In this document: positions 38,903-50,964 of the stretch, piece after piece
Numbering within the stretch: position 1 is the first letter of the stretch
Layout of the letters: each line of letters starts with the position of its first letter
Source: Leucoraja ocellata
Taxonomy: Eukaryota
Direction: 5' to 3'
Assembly: GCA_036785375.1 (NCBI GenBank)
Contig: JAWMAR010000023.1
Span: 3,410,001-3,474,000 of the forward strand
Length of the DNA stretch: 64,000 nt
Made by a program: the position numbers and the translations under genes
The notes under the pieces: model-generated
Seen by the model: the letters and a program-made list of their open reading frames with translations, nothing else
Told to the model about the DNA's origin: nothing
Database searches by the model: none

Positions 38903-40479
38903 GACTTGTTCACCAGCTGGAGGATATTCTGCTTCACAGCCTGCCTGCTGGGATCAGTGTGGCTTCTCACGTCACTTCCTGGCGGAGCGCGGTTCTCCTG
39001 GCTGTTGGTGGGAATGCTGAATTTCTCGAGGCCGTGCGTGACCTTGCAATTGTATGGAAACATTGGCCGTCCACGGCTCTTGATTTGGGGCCTGGCCTCT
39101 GATCTTTAACGTGGCTCCCACGTGTCCCAGCCAGCTGAGCCCACCAGCTCTGGGCTCTGGGCCGCTTCTCTTGTTGGCTTTTAAATGGTTCAAAAGGCCT
39201 CAGCAGCAGCAGCAGGCATACAACTCCATCGGTCGGCAGTCTAAATGTCCAAGTTGCAACAAACCCTGGAATTCTTTCTGTGCTGGGATTAATAATCTTA
39301 GTTTAGTTTATTGTCACATGTACCAAGGCACACTGAAAAGCTTTTGTTACATGCTAACCAGTCACTGGAAAGACAATACATGATTACAATAGTGAAAAAT
39401 GTTTATGCTTAAATTCTATCAAGACAACTTGAGAATTTGAATTCATTCTTTTTTAATGAAAGCCCAGAATGAGAAGTCCGAGTGACCGTTAAACCAACAG
39501 AGTGTCAGAAACCCCATCTGCTTCTCTCCTGTCCTTTCGGGAAGAAATACCATTGTCTCGCATGAGTACCGCCCCAATCCCCCCCCCCCATCCCCCATCC
39601 CCCATGCTTGCTTCAACTGCCCTCCCAGTGAGTCTATCAAATCACCACTTTCCCAGGACATTTAACAATGAGCATCAACGATTAAATTCCCAAAACGGTT
39701 AAAAAGTGTTGATGAGCAAACCACTAACATTTGCTTATAATGTACAATATCTACATGGTGTCCTACACACAATATGCAAACCACCCTCTGATTTTCCATA
39801 ATTTCAAGGATCCATATTTAAAATGTGTTTTTGTTCCAATAGTTTTTGTTCTAATGTAGTTTTAATAACTAAATAAAATGTAGTTATTAAATGAGCATGG
39901 AATTCCAGATGAATCCTGTTGATCAGTATCTGAATTATTTTCAAAATGTCATCAGAAATGCACTCTGTCACACAAAGGGTTACTGATTTGTAGAACAGAA
40001 GAGTTTTGGCCCACTGTGCATGCTTCACACTTGACCCACAATAGAGGCCGTGTTTGAGCAGTTTTTCCAGCATTCACTGCGAGCCTCAAATTGATGTCTT
40101 GCCGAACAAAATGTTCTGTGTGCTGACAGAAAAATAACAGCCTCCCTTTGGCATTGTCACCTGTTGTGGTTTTAGTGTTGGAACCCCCAACTGAGAGGTT
40201 TGCAGCAATGAAGGGGCATTTGCCAAATACCTTACTGGTGCTGTCATCACTGCCGTTCCAGACACAGTCCTGTTGTTGATCAAATCTTTGCAGGCTGGAG
40301 CTCTGCCTTGCATCAGGGTAATTTACATGCCCTGTCCTGCATTCACGGGGTAGACAAAGCAAAATCTGGCAACTGACCCAACGCATACCACAGCTGCGGC
40401 CTCTGAAACCGGCAACGCCGCCTATCGTAGGGAAACTCGCTTCCTCTGCTTCTCTAGTGCCAGGGAGGGGAGAGGTTTC

Positions 40480-40850
40480 TCACTCCCCCGCCCAACCTCG
40501 GATCTCTTGACTCCTCTCTTCCCCCCCACCCCCCTACACAATCCCGTTTTCTCTCCTCACTTCCCTCCCTTGTCTCCTCCCTTACATCATACTCCCAGTC
40601 CCCAGTCCTCCCCCACCTCCCTGCCCATCTCCTCCCCCCAGACTTCTCTCCCCTGACCTCTGTCCTCTCTCCCCCAAACCCCCCCCACCCCGATCACTAT
40701 CCCTCACCGCCTGCCTAACCCCCAAACCTCTCCGCCCCCCCCCACCTAATCCCCAATCCTTTCTCCACCCAACTCCCTGCCCCTGTCTCTTCCCTATGTC
40801 TCCTCCTCCAACCCTCCACCTCCCCGATCCCTGTATTCCCACATCCATGT
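40480..40850. repeat. C-rich polypyrimidine low-complexity tract
   Basis: Dense runs of 3-8 C on the + strand. Confidence 0.85.
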
Positions 40851-41307
40851 TTATTCCTGTACATTTGACTCAATTTCACAATTCTTTGCTGTTTGTCGGA
40901 AACTGCCAAGCAGATTAATTGCACTCTCTTGCAACTTGAACAGCAGGAATTGTCCCTCTGTGTACAAACTCTCTGCTTGGCAACTTATTGTCGTGACTCC
41001 CGAGCGTTGTTTGCATGAAGGACCAACATGAAAGTTAACAAAGTTTTTATTTTGATGTAACCTTTTAATAACGAAGAATGATTTGAAGGGGAAGCACATG
41101 GTATATGTAAAACCCTCTTTAAATGGTGCAGCACCACCCAGGGGTACAAGCAGAGACCCGGCTAAGTTGACCAGACCTACACCCAGGCTGTGGCACTCAT
41201 TTAAAAAATAGTTCACAGAATAAATAAAAGTTATTACGGACAAACCCCATAGAAATGAAAAACGGTTAAAACTTATTTTATTATATGTATAACATAGGAG
41301 CAGCAGA

Positions 41308-41594
41308 GGGGGGCAGCGGTTGAGTTGCTGCCTTATAACACCAGAGACCCGGGTTTGATTCTGACTACAGATGCTGTCTACGGAGTTTGTACGTTCTCCC
41401 CGTGTCCACATGGGTTTTCCCCTGGTTTCCTCCCACACTCCGAAGACGCACTGGTTTGTAGATTAATGGGCTTCGGTAAAGATTGTAAATTGTCCCTAGT
41501 GTGTAGGATAGTGCTAGTGTATGGGGTCACTGATCAGCGTGGACTCAGTGGGCCAAAGGGCCTGTTTCCACGCTGTATCTCTAAACTAAACTAA
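41308..41594 (+). mobile_element. V-SINE (HE1-like), near full length
   Basis: Head gcagcggttgagttgctgcc, V-core and (ctaaa)n tail. Confidence 0.88.
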
Positions 41595-41611
41595 AAATAA
41601 TATATTTTTCT

Positions 41612-41788
41612 CAGAAACAAAGAAATGCATGTGCTGGTTAATATGCAAAAGGACACAAAGTGCTGGAACAATTCAGCAGGTCAGGCAGTATCTCTGGAGA
41701 GAAGGATCCCAACCCGAATCTCCTCGTATCCGTGTTCTGCTCAGATGCTGCCTGATCCGCTGAGTTACTCCAGCATCTTGTGTCTTCT
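41612..41788. mobile_element. Fold-back hammerhead-type element
   Basis: gacacaaagtgctgga.. and ..ctccagcatcttgtgtc arms with a partial core gaaggatcccaacccgaa. Confidence 0.7.
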
Positions 41789-42229
41789 TTTCCTCCTAAG
41801 CTTCAGGCCTGGAATTTCCATTCAGTTGAATGGGATCCTTGGCCTAGAATCAGGGAGGTAGACTCCGCAGCGTAATGCTACCAATCCATATCAGGCCTCC
41901 CTACAGCGCTGGCTCCATGGACAACCTGAGGTCTCCGTGCGGCAGGACTGACTGCTGGGGATGTCTGAATATCATCGGCACCAGCGACAACACCTTGTCG
42001 TGGAATGTCAGCCCATTCCCTGAGCTTTGTAGGCTTTGGGTCCCATTGAGCCAAGTGCAGGGAATTACAGATAAAAAATGGCAATATAAGGTTGGGGACT
42101 TAAAACAGTTGCTGTTCTTATGTCCAAGAATACCATCTGACCTACTGAAACACTGGACTTCGTGCCTCCTTTTGAGACCCACGCACCACAATATCCCACT
42201 ATCGTTCCCATCTATATCAAGTGCATTCA

Positions 42230-42720
42230 CGTTTATTCAAAAACTCTCAATACTTTGGCTTTGGAACCTACTTTTGGTCATTGGGAAGCTTCTTGTTGTT
42301 GTAGGCATTTGCTCACCATTAACAGTTGCCGCACCACCTCAAATCAAAAAAGCCACTCGCAGACTGAGAACATTGGGATGTGGATGTCAGCGGCCAAGCT
42401 AATGTTTGTTGCTTATCTTGAACTGCCTTTGAAGGTGAAGGCAGTCCAGCTTCCAAGTCACCTTTTTGATGAAGGTGCATCCACGATGCTGTTGGGAAGG
42501 AAGTTTGAGGAATTAAACCCATTAACAATGAATTCCAAGTCCGGAAACGTGCATGTTGGAGATGGTGGCCCAGGTGGTGTCCCATGTGTGTATTGTGCTT
42601 GTCTTCCTCGGTGCTGTTTCACACGGTATACAAAGCAGCCACTGAATGAATGTTCAGGGTGGTGTATGGAGTACCAGTCAAGCAGGGGTTTTGTCTGAGA
42701 TGGTGTCATCTTGTCTGCTC
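42230..42720 (-). mobile_element. Probable ancient CR1/L2-like LINE remnant
   Basis: Degenerate sequence resembling old LINE 3' regions (gaactgcc..gtgcatccacgatgctgttgggaagg). Weak. Confidence 0.35.
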
Positions 42721-43025
42721 CAGCAGTGACGTTTTATTGTATTGCACCATCAGAGGAAATTTCCATCACTTCACTTTTATTTGCTCTTAAAGCTTTGGAT
42801 TAGTAACCATCACTTTGGAAATCTAGTGTCTTCCATTTGGTTGAGTTTTCATCCATATATTTAGACCTTGCAAAAGCTTCAGTTCCTCAATGCAACTTTA
42901 TATTTTTTTAAAAGCTAGACCAGTTTTCATGTTTCTGACCAAATTATTTTTCCAGTTAAGTGCTTTTGCATTGCACACTATCAAAAAGAATCCTAATTTT
43001 ATTCTGTTTTTTGCCTTCTATTTAG

Positions 43026-43154
43026 GTCCCTTTTGACCAAACAGTGTTTAAAAAGTTCAAGAAAGATGAAACTACTTCAGACCATCTGATTACCATCGAG
43101 AAGGAGAAACAGTCCGAATGGTGGAGGTCCTTTTCTTCTCCTTCTGGTGCCAAG
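43026..43154 (+). CDS. SKI: Ski oncoprotein, coding exon 2 (129 bp, phase 0-0)
   Basis: Polypyrimidine tract and tttag acceptor, gtacag donor. Translates VPFDQTVFKKFKKDETTSDHLITIEKEKQSEWWRSFSSPSGAK, positionally similar to human SKI exon 2 (EKDKPSSWLR-like). Confidence 0.88.
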
Positions 43155-43997
43155 GTACAGTACTCAATAATAACTCTGACAAATAACTTCTGTGGAAGCA
43201 CGGGAGGTAGGAAAAAGAAGATGCTTATTTTTTGTCCTTTGAAAAGTGTTGGCTTTTGCTCATCTTACAAGAGGTGGATTTAACATCGGTGTTGTTGTGA
43301 AATTTATGACTGGAGTTGAGCAGAACTGAAGGAGGAACTGACTGCTGGAAAGTTGGCACACACGCTCCAACCGAGAGGAAAAATTGTGGCAACTGTGAGG
43401 AAGGGGAAGGTTCTTAAAAGGGGAAACATGATGGAGCAAGTTTTATTTTAGCAATCAGATGAAGTTCCTTAAACTTGTTGACATGTGTATATAGGAAAAT
43501 CCGCAGGTCCGTGGGCTACCAAAACAAAGGGGCCATCCAATCACAGCTAATCCAAGTTTCCACATGGACCAAGGGAAATGGGTCATTTTGTTCTTAGCAG
43601 CATTGGCTGGTTTCGGCCATAGCATTGCCAAGGACACTACACCTGGCATCTGGATTGAATAGGGAGATGAAAATTTGCGCACAGTTCTGATCATTGATGT
43701 TGAAGGGTATTTATTTGAGTTTGAACATATGTAATTATGCATGTACAAGACTTTAGTGTCCGGCATGGTTACGGGTCAGATGTGAATACTGATTACTTAC
43801 GAATGGCAGTAAGGTCTGTCAGCAACTCTGAAGTAGCTTCCTAACTTTACCATCTTAAAAACATGAAAATGCAGAGAGAAGGGAGGAAGAGTAGGAAAGC
43901 TAAAAAGGCAATCTAGTTGGTGAAGAATTGATGCAGAATGATTGTAAGGAAACCTGTATGAAATGAAGAAAACAACATAATATTTTTTTTCGTACAG

Positions 43998-44122
43998 AAT
44001 GTTCTAAGCAGCAGTTGTGTACATTCTCAGCAAAGACTCTCCGCCTTCAGACCATGGTCACCGGCCATTTCAACAGTTGAGAAAGAAACTCTGCCTCACC
44101 TTCCTGCACTGTCCCGAGACAG
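43998..44122 (+). CDS. SKI: Ski coding exon 3 (125 bp, phase 0-2)
   Basis: tttttcgtacag acceptor, gtacag donor. [41 protein letters not shown] contains the Ski-family SAFRPWSP motif. Not listed in the ORF track; translated by hand. Confidence 0.95.
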
Positions 44123-44444
44123 GTACAGTATTTGACTGAGTCCAAAGTGAAATAATAGCACGTTGATTAAATCAGAAAGGGATGTTAGCAAAGCTATTGT
44201 TGAGTCTGTCACTTAGTTTACATGTTGCTTTAAATAATGACGGGCTGAAGCATCTTCCTTCTGAACACTGGAATCATGAGTGTTATTTGAAGTGAACTGT
44301 TTGTTCAGTCTCACTTCTCTCTGAGGGACAGGACTGAAGACCAGTTGGAAAGCAGCTTCCATATGATCCGACCATATTGGCACTCCAAGACCTTGAACCC
44401 AAAAAAGATTGTTAATGTCTCCGTTTGTGCGTCCTTTTGCAGTT

Positions 44445-44672
44445 TTTATTCTCACAAAGAGGGCTGTGGGTGCGTGGAACGGGTTGCCAGGGGAAGAGGT
44501 TGAGGGGCCAGTACGACACATTTAAAATACATTTGGGAAGGTTCATGGAAAGGAAAGGTTCAGAGGGATATAGGCCATCGCGGGCAGGTGGGACGAGCAT
44601 CAATCGGGCATCCTGATCAGCATGGACAAGTTCTGCCGAATGGCCCGTTTTCTTCCCGTATTATTCTACAAC
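44445..44672 (+). mobile_element. CR1 LINE 3' end in SKI intron 3
   Basis: cacaaagagggctgtgggtgcgtggaac..acatttgg..gccgaatggcc. Confidence 0.75.
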
Positions 44673-44757
44673 TCTTTTCTACAATTCCCAGTCATTCCAT
44701 TCCTCTCCTGCCCGGCATCTGGTGCACCCTGTGCAGATATGCTCATCTATTACTTTG

Positions 44758-45016
44758 TGTAAAAAGGAACTGCAGATGCTGTATATACCGAAGACAGACA
44801 CAAAGTGCTGGAGTAACTCAGTGGGTCAAACAGCATCTCTGGAGATAGACACAGAGTGCTGGAGTAACTCAGTGGGTCAGGCAGCATCTCTGGAGAAAAA
44901 GGATGGGTGAGGTTTCGGGTCGGGTCTGAAGAAGGGTCCCGACCTGAAACGTCGCCTCTCCTTTTACGCCAGATATGCTGTCTGTCCCGCTGAGTTACTC
45001 CAGCACTTTGTGTCTA
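44758..45016. mobile_element. Fold-back hammerhead-bearing element with a tandem duplication in the left arm
   Basis: Two ~49-bp tandem copies of agacaca(a/g)agtgctggagtaactcagtgggtca.., an inversion at ~44921, then a + strand copy. Confidence 0.85.
44922..44957 (+). ncRNA. Minimal type-I hammerhead ribozyme motif (sense to SKI)
   Basis: GGGU CUGAAGA A GGGU-CCCG-ACCU GAAAC GUC GCCU. Stem I GGGU/GCCU, stem II and the core are intact. Confidence 0.7.
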
Positions 45017-45170
45017 TCATCCAACACTTTGGCAGTTTTAAGGTGAAAAGTCCGAACATTAAAAGTACAAAAAGACTCAATTTGTGTAGGGGAGGTAAGA
45101 TTTGATTGTATTTTGAGGATGGATTTGAATTCTTGTCTGTTCTGAATAATGTTGTGCTCTCTCTCCATAG

Positions 45171-45439
45171 TTTCTATGCATACAAAAGTTACGAAAGTTC
45201 AGTAGCACCAAACGTGGCTCTAACACCACTGCCCCAGCAGAGGAGTGGACGACAGTCACCGCTGGCCACTGCAGTCACACAGAACATTGGGACACCAAAT
45301 GAAGTTAGCAGATCTCGGAAAAGGAGGGTAACTGCGGAATCAAGCCTTGAACAGGAAGCAGCTGCTCCCCTTGCTCCTACGTTTCCTTCTGAAGACAAAG
45401 AATCCGAAGCTGAAGTGGAAGTTGAGAGCAGGGAAGGAT
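45171..45439 (+). CDS. SKI: Ski coding exon 4 (269 bp, phase 2-1)
   Basis: ctctccatag acceptor, gtaagt donor. FYAYKSYESSVAPNVALTP...SRKRRVT...EDKESEAEVEVESREG matches SKI. Confidence 0.95.
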
Positions 45440-45583
45440 GTAAGTTTAATTCACACACGGCTTATAAATTTACTCCCACTCTCCCCACCCCCAAACTCCT
45501 CTCTGTATCTATAAGCCTGATGAATGGACTGCCTCCAGATCTCTGCGGCACAGCGCTAGTCGGGGCTGATTGGTTTTACATGC

Positions 45584-45840
45584 TTTAGTTTAGTTTAGTT
45601 TCGAGACGCAGTGTGAAAACAGGCCCTTCGGCCCACTGAGTCTGCGCCAACCAATGATCCCCGCATACTTACACTACCTTACACACTCTGGGGACAATTT
45701 ACTATTATACCAAGTCAATTAATCTACAAACCTGTACGTCTTTGGAGTGCAAACACCATACAGGCAGCACCCGTAATCATGATAGAACCTGGGTCTCTGG
45801 TGCTGTAAGGCTGCAACTCTACCACTGTGCCACAGTGTCA
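45584..45840 (-). mobile_element. V-SINE in SKI intron 4
   Basis: (tttag)n tail and head at the right end; internal deletion. Confidence 0.85.
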
Positions 45841-46020
45841 CTCCTGTGATGGAAGTTTTTTAAACAAGTAAGACAAAGTCACTTTGGTGCAGGCAGCTTT
45901 CCTTCATTCTTTCTTGGGCAGGGTTTAATTTGTACAGTAGGGAGTTTAGGAAGAGGTAAAAATCAACAATCAATTATCCGTGCACGAGCAATAATGCAAA
46001 TGTTTTTTTCCTTTCTACAG

Positions 46021-46319
46021 TCACATCGTCATTGTCATCACTTTCTTCTCCTTCCTTTACTTCATCTGGCTCATCAGCAAAGGATCTGAGCTCACCTGGG
46101 GTCCAGGTCGCATCCAACGGAAACCTTGAGACTTCAGGTCACACAGAGACCCACAACGGCGGACTGGAAGTGGAGCTAGAACAGTTAAGACAGGCCTTGG
46201 ATGTTGGAATTGACACCAAGGAAGCAAAGGAGAAATTCTTACATGAAATCATAAAGATGCGAGTGAAGCAAGAGGAAAAGCTGAATGCTGCTTTGCAGGC
46301 CAAGCGCAGTTTGCAACAG
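46021..46319 (+). CDS. SKI: Ski coding exon 5 (299 bp, phase 1-0)
   Basis: ttctacag acceptor, gtgaga donor. (F)[22 protein letters not shown]...[34 protein letters not shown]. Confidence 0.96.
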
Positions 46320-46829
46320 GTGAGATAAGAAAGTGCGTGAGAAGAAAGATTGTATTCAATGACAGGAGTAAATGAACTAACAGTGCACCCCTACATTAGC
46401 AATCATCAAGCAGATTAGCAACTGACATAAACAACCAATGTGGATGGATTGATGATTGTAAATATTGGTTTTACGGTTTCATTCGCCACTGTGGAGGTTT
46501 GGTTTATGCAAGTTCCAAATTTGTGGCCCTCAAAATTAATTAGCAAGGACTGCATTTCAATGAACGAGAAACAAGGGAGTATTAATTATAAATGCCCTTA
46601 CAAACGTGAGATGTAAAAGGGCTGAGAAGAAAGCAAGCCTTTAAGTTGGCACTTGCGACAAGAATGAGTTAACCTATCGGCAGAAATTCATACTCGCCAT
46701 GTCCAGACTTGCATCTGGATGTGTCTCTCGTTTCTCCATATATCCACCTGTTCAGTCTAGTCTTCTGTAATCCATCATATATTTGGATAATAGTAAAATA
46801 GAAAATGGCTAAGAATAGCCACAAGCATA

Positions 46830-47662
46830 TTTATCTTAATCCCTCCATTCCCTGTTTATCTATGTGCCCATACAAAAGCCTCTTAAAAGCCACTATCGTA
46901 TCTGCCTCCACCACCATCCCTGGCAGCATGTTCTAGGCATTCGCCACCCTCTGTGTAAATAAAACTTGCCCCACATTTCTCAAAGAACATAAAGACTTTA
47001 AACGTTGCTCCTCTAACCTTAAAACTGTCGTCTTTGATATTTCCACCCTGGGGAAGAAGGTTCACACTGTCTACTCCATCTATGCATCTTATAATTTTAT
47101 ATACTTCTATCAGGACTCCCCAAAAAGAAAACAGCCCAAGTCTATTCAACCTCCCCTTATAGCTAATACTCTTTAATCCAGGCATCATTCTGGTGAACCT
47201 CATCTGCACCCTCTCCAAAGCCTTCATATGCTTCCTATAATGGGACCATTTGAACTGCACGCAATACTCCAGATGCTTAACCACAGTTGTATAACCTGCA
47301 ACATGACTTCTGACTCTGATACTCATTGCCCCGACCTATGACAGTAAGCATACCATATGCCTTCTTTACTATTCTACCTACTTGTGTTGCCAATTTAAGG
47401 GAGTTATGGGCCTGAACCCCAAGATCTCTGTACATCAATGCTGTTAAGGTTCATGCTATTAATTGTTTATTTTCCCCTTACATTCAAACTCCCAAAGTGC
47501 AACAGCTCACTCTTACTCAGATTAAACACAGTCTGCCATTTCTCTGCTCATTCCTGTAGTTGATCTATATCCTGCTGTATATCCTGACAGCCTTCTTGAC
47601 AGTCCACGACCTCAGCAATCTTGGTGATGCAAATTTACTAACCAACCCATCTATATTTACAA

Positions 47663-47702
<40 letters not shown>

Positions 47703-48075
47703 TATATGGTATATATATATTGTCATATATCAGTAAGCCATTCTTAATGCATATGACCAAGTCACTGTGGGTGCCATACATCCTAATCTTCGGGATCAGC
47801 CTACAAGGGGGACTCTATCAAATGCCTTACTAAAACATCCATCGCCCTATCTTAATCAACCACTTTCATTAATCACCTTCGTCACCTCCCCACAAAACTC
47901 AATCAAGCTAGTACGACCTGCAACATACAAAGCCATGCTGACTGTCCCTCGTTAGCAAAGTATCTTCCAAATGGGAGTAAATCTTACTCTGAAGAATCCT
48001 CTCTAATAACTTCTCTGCCACTGACATGTTGCTCATTGACTCTCTGGATTCTCTCTACTTCCCTTCTCAAACAAA
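46830..48075 (-). mobile_element. CR1-clade LINE ORF2 remnant, interrupted by (TA)n
   Basis: HLEYCVQF..YRKHMKALERVQMRFTRMMPGL..SY..RLNRLGLFS is a typical CR1 RT C-terminus. The upstream RT region (FSKAFDRVP) lies at ~47810-47836. Confidence 0.88.
47667..47720. repeat. (TA)n microsatellite
   Basis: Read directly from the sequence. Confidence 0.95.
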
Positions 48076-48398
48076 TAATTGCCAGATTGTAAAATTAATT
48101 CTAAACTATTGGTTCCCCATGAGTACATAGGCTAGGATAAAGCAGAACACAGCCCTTGTACTTCTTCGGTATGATCTTTAATCACTGCTTTGAGCCTTGT
48201 TTTCAACTTAAAAGCTCTTTTAGATTAAATGGCATTCATGGCTGCCAGTCAGTATAATGCCTCTGGACTCCAGACACAGAACTGAAAATAGCAAGAAAGT
48301 CATCAGAATCATGCCTATGCATGTGATTCGCAGGGGAAGAAGGCATCTTTGTGTTGATATGAAAGGAATTTACAAAGGTCACAGTTGAAAACTACACT

Positions 48399-49712
48399 TG
48401 GGTGTTTCCGTAAATAAGGGTATCATCTTGTGTGTGACATGGGTGACCAAATTTGAAAGTTATTAACATAATAAAATACCACAACACTAAAAATGGGCCT
48501 ACCTATGATCCCTTTGAGCTAATCAAAATTGACCAAAATGTTACTAAAATTTAATACTTTCAAAATTTGAAAAAAAAAAGAGAAATAAAATTATGATTTA
48601 AAAAAAAACTATATACATAAATGAGAATGAATATAGTAACCTTTAATCAAATTCGATGTTAAATTACTCAAAATTTGCCCAGAACCAAAATCATCTGTAT
48701 AGACAGGAGCATACTTTCAACGAGACTTGGTGTTGCCTGTGACCAGATCACTTTTGATTCCCTTTGCCACAGTGCACACATTTTACAGGAACATAGCAAC
48801 AAGCAATGAAAGTTTAACGGAATTAAAAAAAAATTATAGTAAACAAGACGCAACATTTACAAGAAAAGAACAAAAAATTGCAAAAAGATTTTACCAACCA
48901 ATGATTCGGAGCGAAATAAAGTGAACACAACGGCGTGACCACTGGGACACTGTATCTTATACTGATTTCGAAGCTCCCTTACAAAATGTCGGCACATAAC
49001 CCACCACAGGGCCAGTGGTTCAGAGCAGGGTCATTTCAACCGCGTTGTTTGAATTTGTTTAAAATCGCAATGAGTACAAAAAAAATGTTATAGCATTGAC
49101 GACGTCAAAAAATGGGAGGGTCTTCAGAATAAGACATCGGTAAAATAGGTGAGAAAACTAGATTTTTATTTCATGATTTTAAGTTCTATTCATTATTAAA
49201 TACTTCAATGGAAAGCTTAAACATAAACTATAAACAATAAAAAAAGAAGCACTAAATATAAAAACGGTTACTCTGCTTTTAATTCACACATTCCACACAT
49301 GACCAAGTGGATACTGCTACACACGTTGTGCTGCAAAAAATTGGGGCATCAGAAAAACATCTAATCGGGCGATGAATAATAACAATCATAAGCATAATAG
49401 GAATTTGGCTTGTATAGAGTTATTTAATTACAAAATTAATGTAATCTTTCTGGTATAAATTAGCCTAAGGATTTGATGAAATCTTGCTGGTCACAAAAAA
49501 AAGGCAAGAAAACATCTGATATTTTTCTTTGTAAAAACAGATTTACTTATTTTTGCTTCATCTCATTATTTTGGATATACACCATGATCTATACTACTTA
49601 AAATACAGGATATGAAACAATGGGAATATTACATAAAAAAAACAGGAAAATAACCTGGAAGTTTGGAGACGACCAGTTTCACTACTGAGTGCTGTATTCA
49701 CGGATACACCCA
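48399..49712. mobile_element. Non-autonomous DNA-transposon-like element with 18-bp TIRs
   Basis: tgggtgtttccgtaaata (48399-48416) versus the reverse complement of 49695-49712, tgggtgtatccgtgaata (16/18 identical). These bound a distinctly AT-rich block. Confidence 0.6.
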
Positions 49713-49749
49713 TTTACAAATTGTTCGGCGTCTTTAAAATTCTACTTAA

Positions 49750-50076
<327 letters not shown>

Positions 50077-50964
50077 TGACACTCTGTTGTACATTGCAAA
50101 AGTAGTGATTTGCTGTTGTATCATGTGGTGACTGATAATTTGGGTTATGAGAACAGGAAAGCCAAAATCTTAACATTTGCAGGATGTTATCTGAAATGTG
50201 TTGGGCAGAGGGTGTTCTGGTTGTGAACATAAGATACACCTCTGGTCAATGATGTCGGAGATATGGCAGAGTGGAGTTGGGGAATTAGAGGATGAGTTCA
50301 GGGAGATGGCGTGCAGAAGGCGAGATGTGATTTCCTTAAGACATAGGAGCAGAATTAGGCCATTCGGCCCATCGAGTCTGCTACACCATTCGATCATGGC
50401 CAATCTATTTATCCCTCACAACCCCATTCTCCTGCCTCCCCCCATAACCAATGCTGGATTACATTTCTCCAAGGTGGTCCAGCACCATTTTGAATGGTAT
50501 TCGTAAAGTTGAATCAAAGACGTTCACTGCTTTTCTGCTTGCAGCATAAATTTGGCCATACAGTCCGAACCTGCAGGCAGTAGTGTTGGTTCAGGACCAC
50601 CTTAGCATCTGCATTCATGCCATTATGACAGGGGAGCTGCAAATGGCAACTATCTTTCCCAGTTCCAAGTCCGAGCAACCCAGATTATCCCAAACTGTGA
50701 ATTGTCATGGTTAGCACCAAGGTGTCCTGGTACAAGGAGAAGGGTGGAAGTTTTCATTTCCAAAATGTCATATTCAGTTTATTAACCAAGCAACTTTGAA
50801 GCCTCCTTATCCAATGTAACATGACCGTTGCTCTGCCTTCTCCACAAATTCAAAGTTTTGAACAGATGCTAGTTATAATCCTGATTTTGTCGCATGGTTA
50901 GGTGTATAACACAAATTAATCTTGTGTATTATGTATGTGCAGTTACTTGTTGATTTCACTAAAC

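Larger units (their letters stand above)
1..43025 (+). other. SKI: SKI intron 1 (5' end outside the window)
   Basis: No recognisable exon upstream of exon 2 and the Ski/Sno and SAND-like domain exon 1 is absent. SKI has a very large first intron in other vertebrates. Confidence 0.8.

Noticed and set aside
1-43025. Numerous 60-195 aa ORFs in intron 1 (e.g. 22799-23356, 40851-41438, 41875-42402)
   Set aside because: No recognisable domains. Recurring peptides (MEFVCSPC, TKCWSNSAG, LPDPLSYSS) are translations of SINE or hammerhead-element copies.
44004-44015. Tandem AG motifs (taagcagcag) as alternative exon 3 acceptors
   Set aside because: They would shift the frame relative to the phase-0 exon 2 donor. 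The upstream cag directly follows the polypyrimidine tract.
44796-44895. Direct repeats suggestive of an array or CRISPR
   Set aside because: A two-copy local tandem duplication with no spacers, in eukaryotic DNA.
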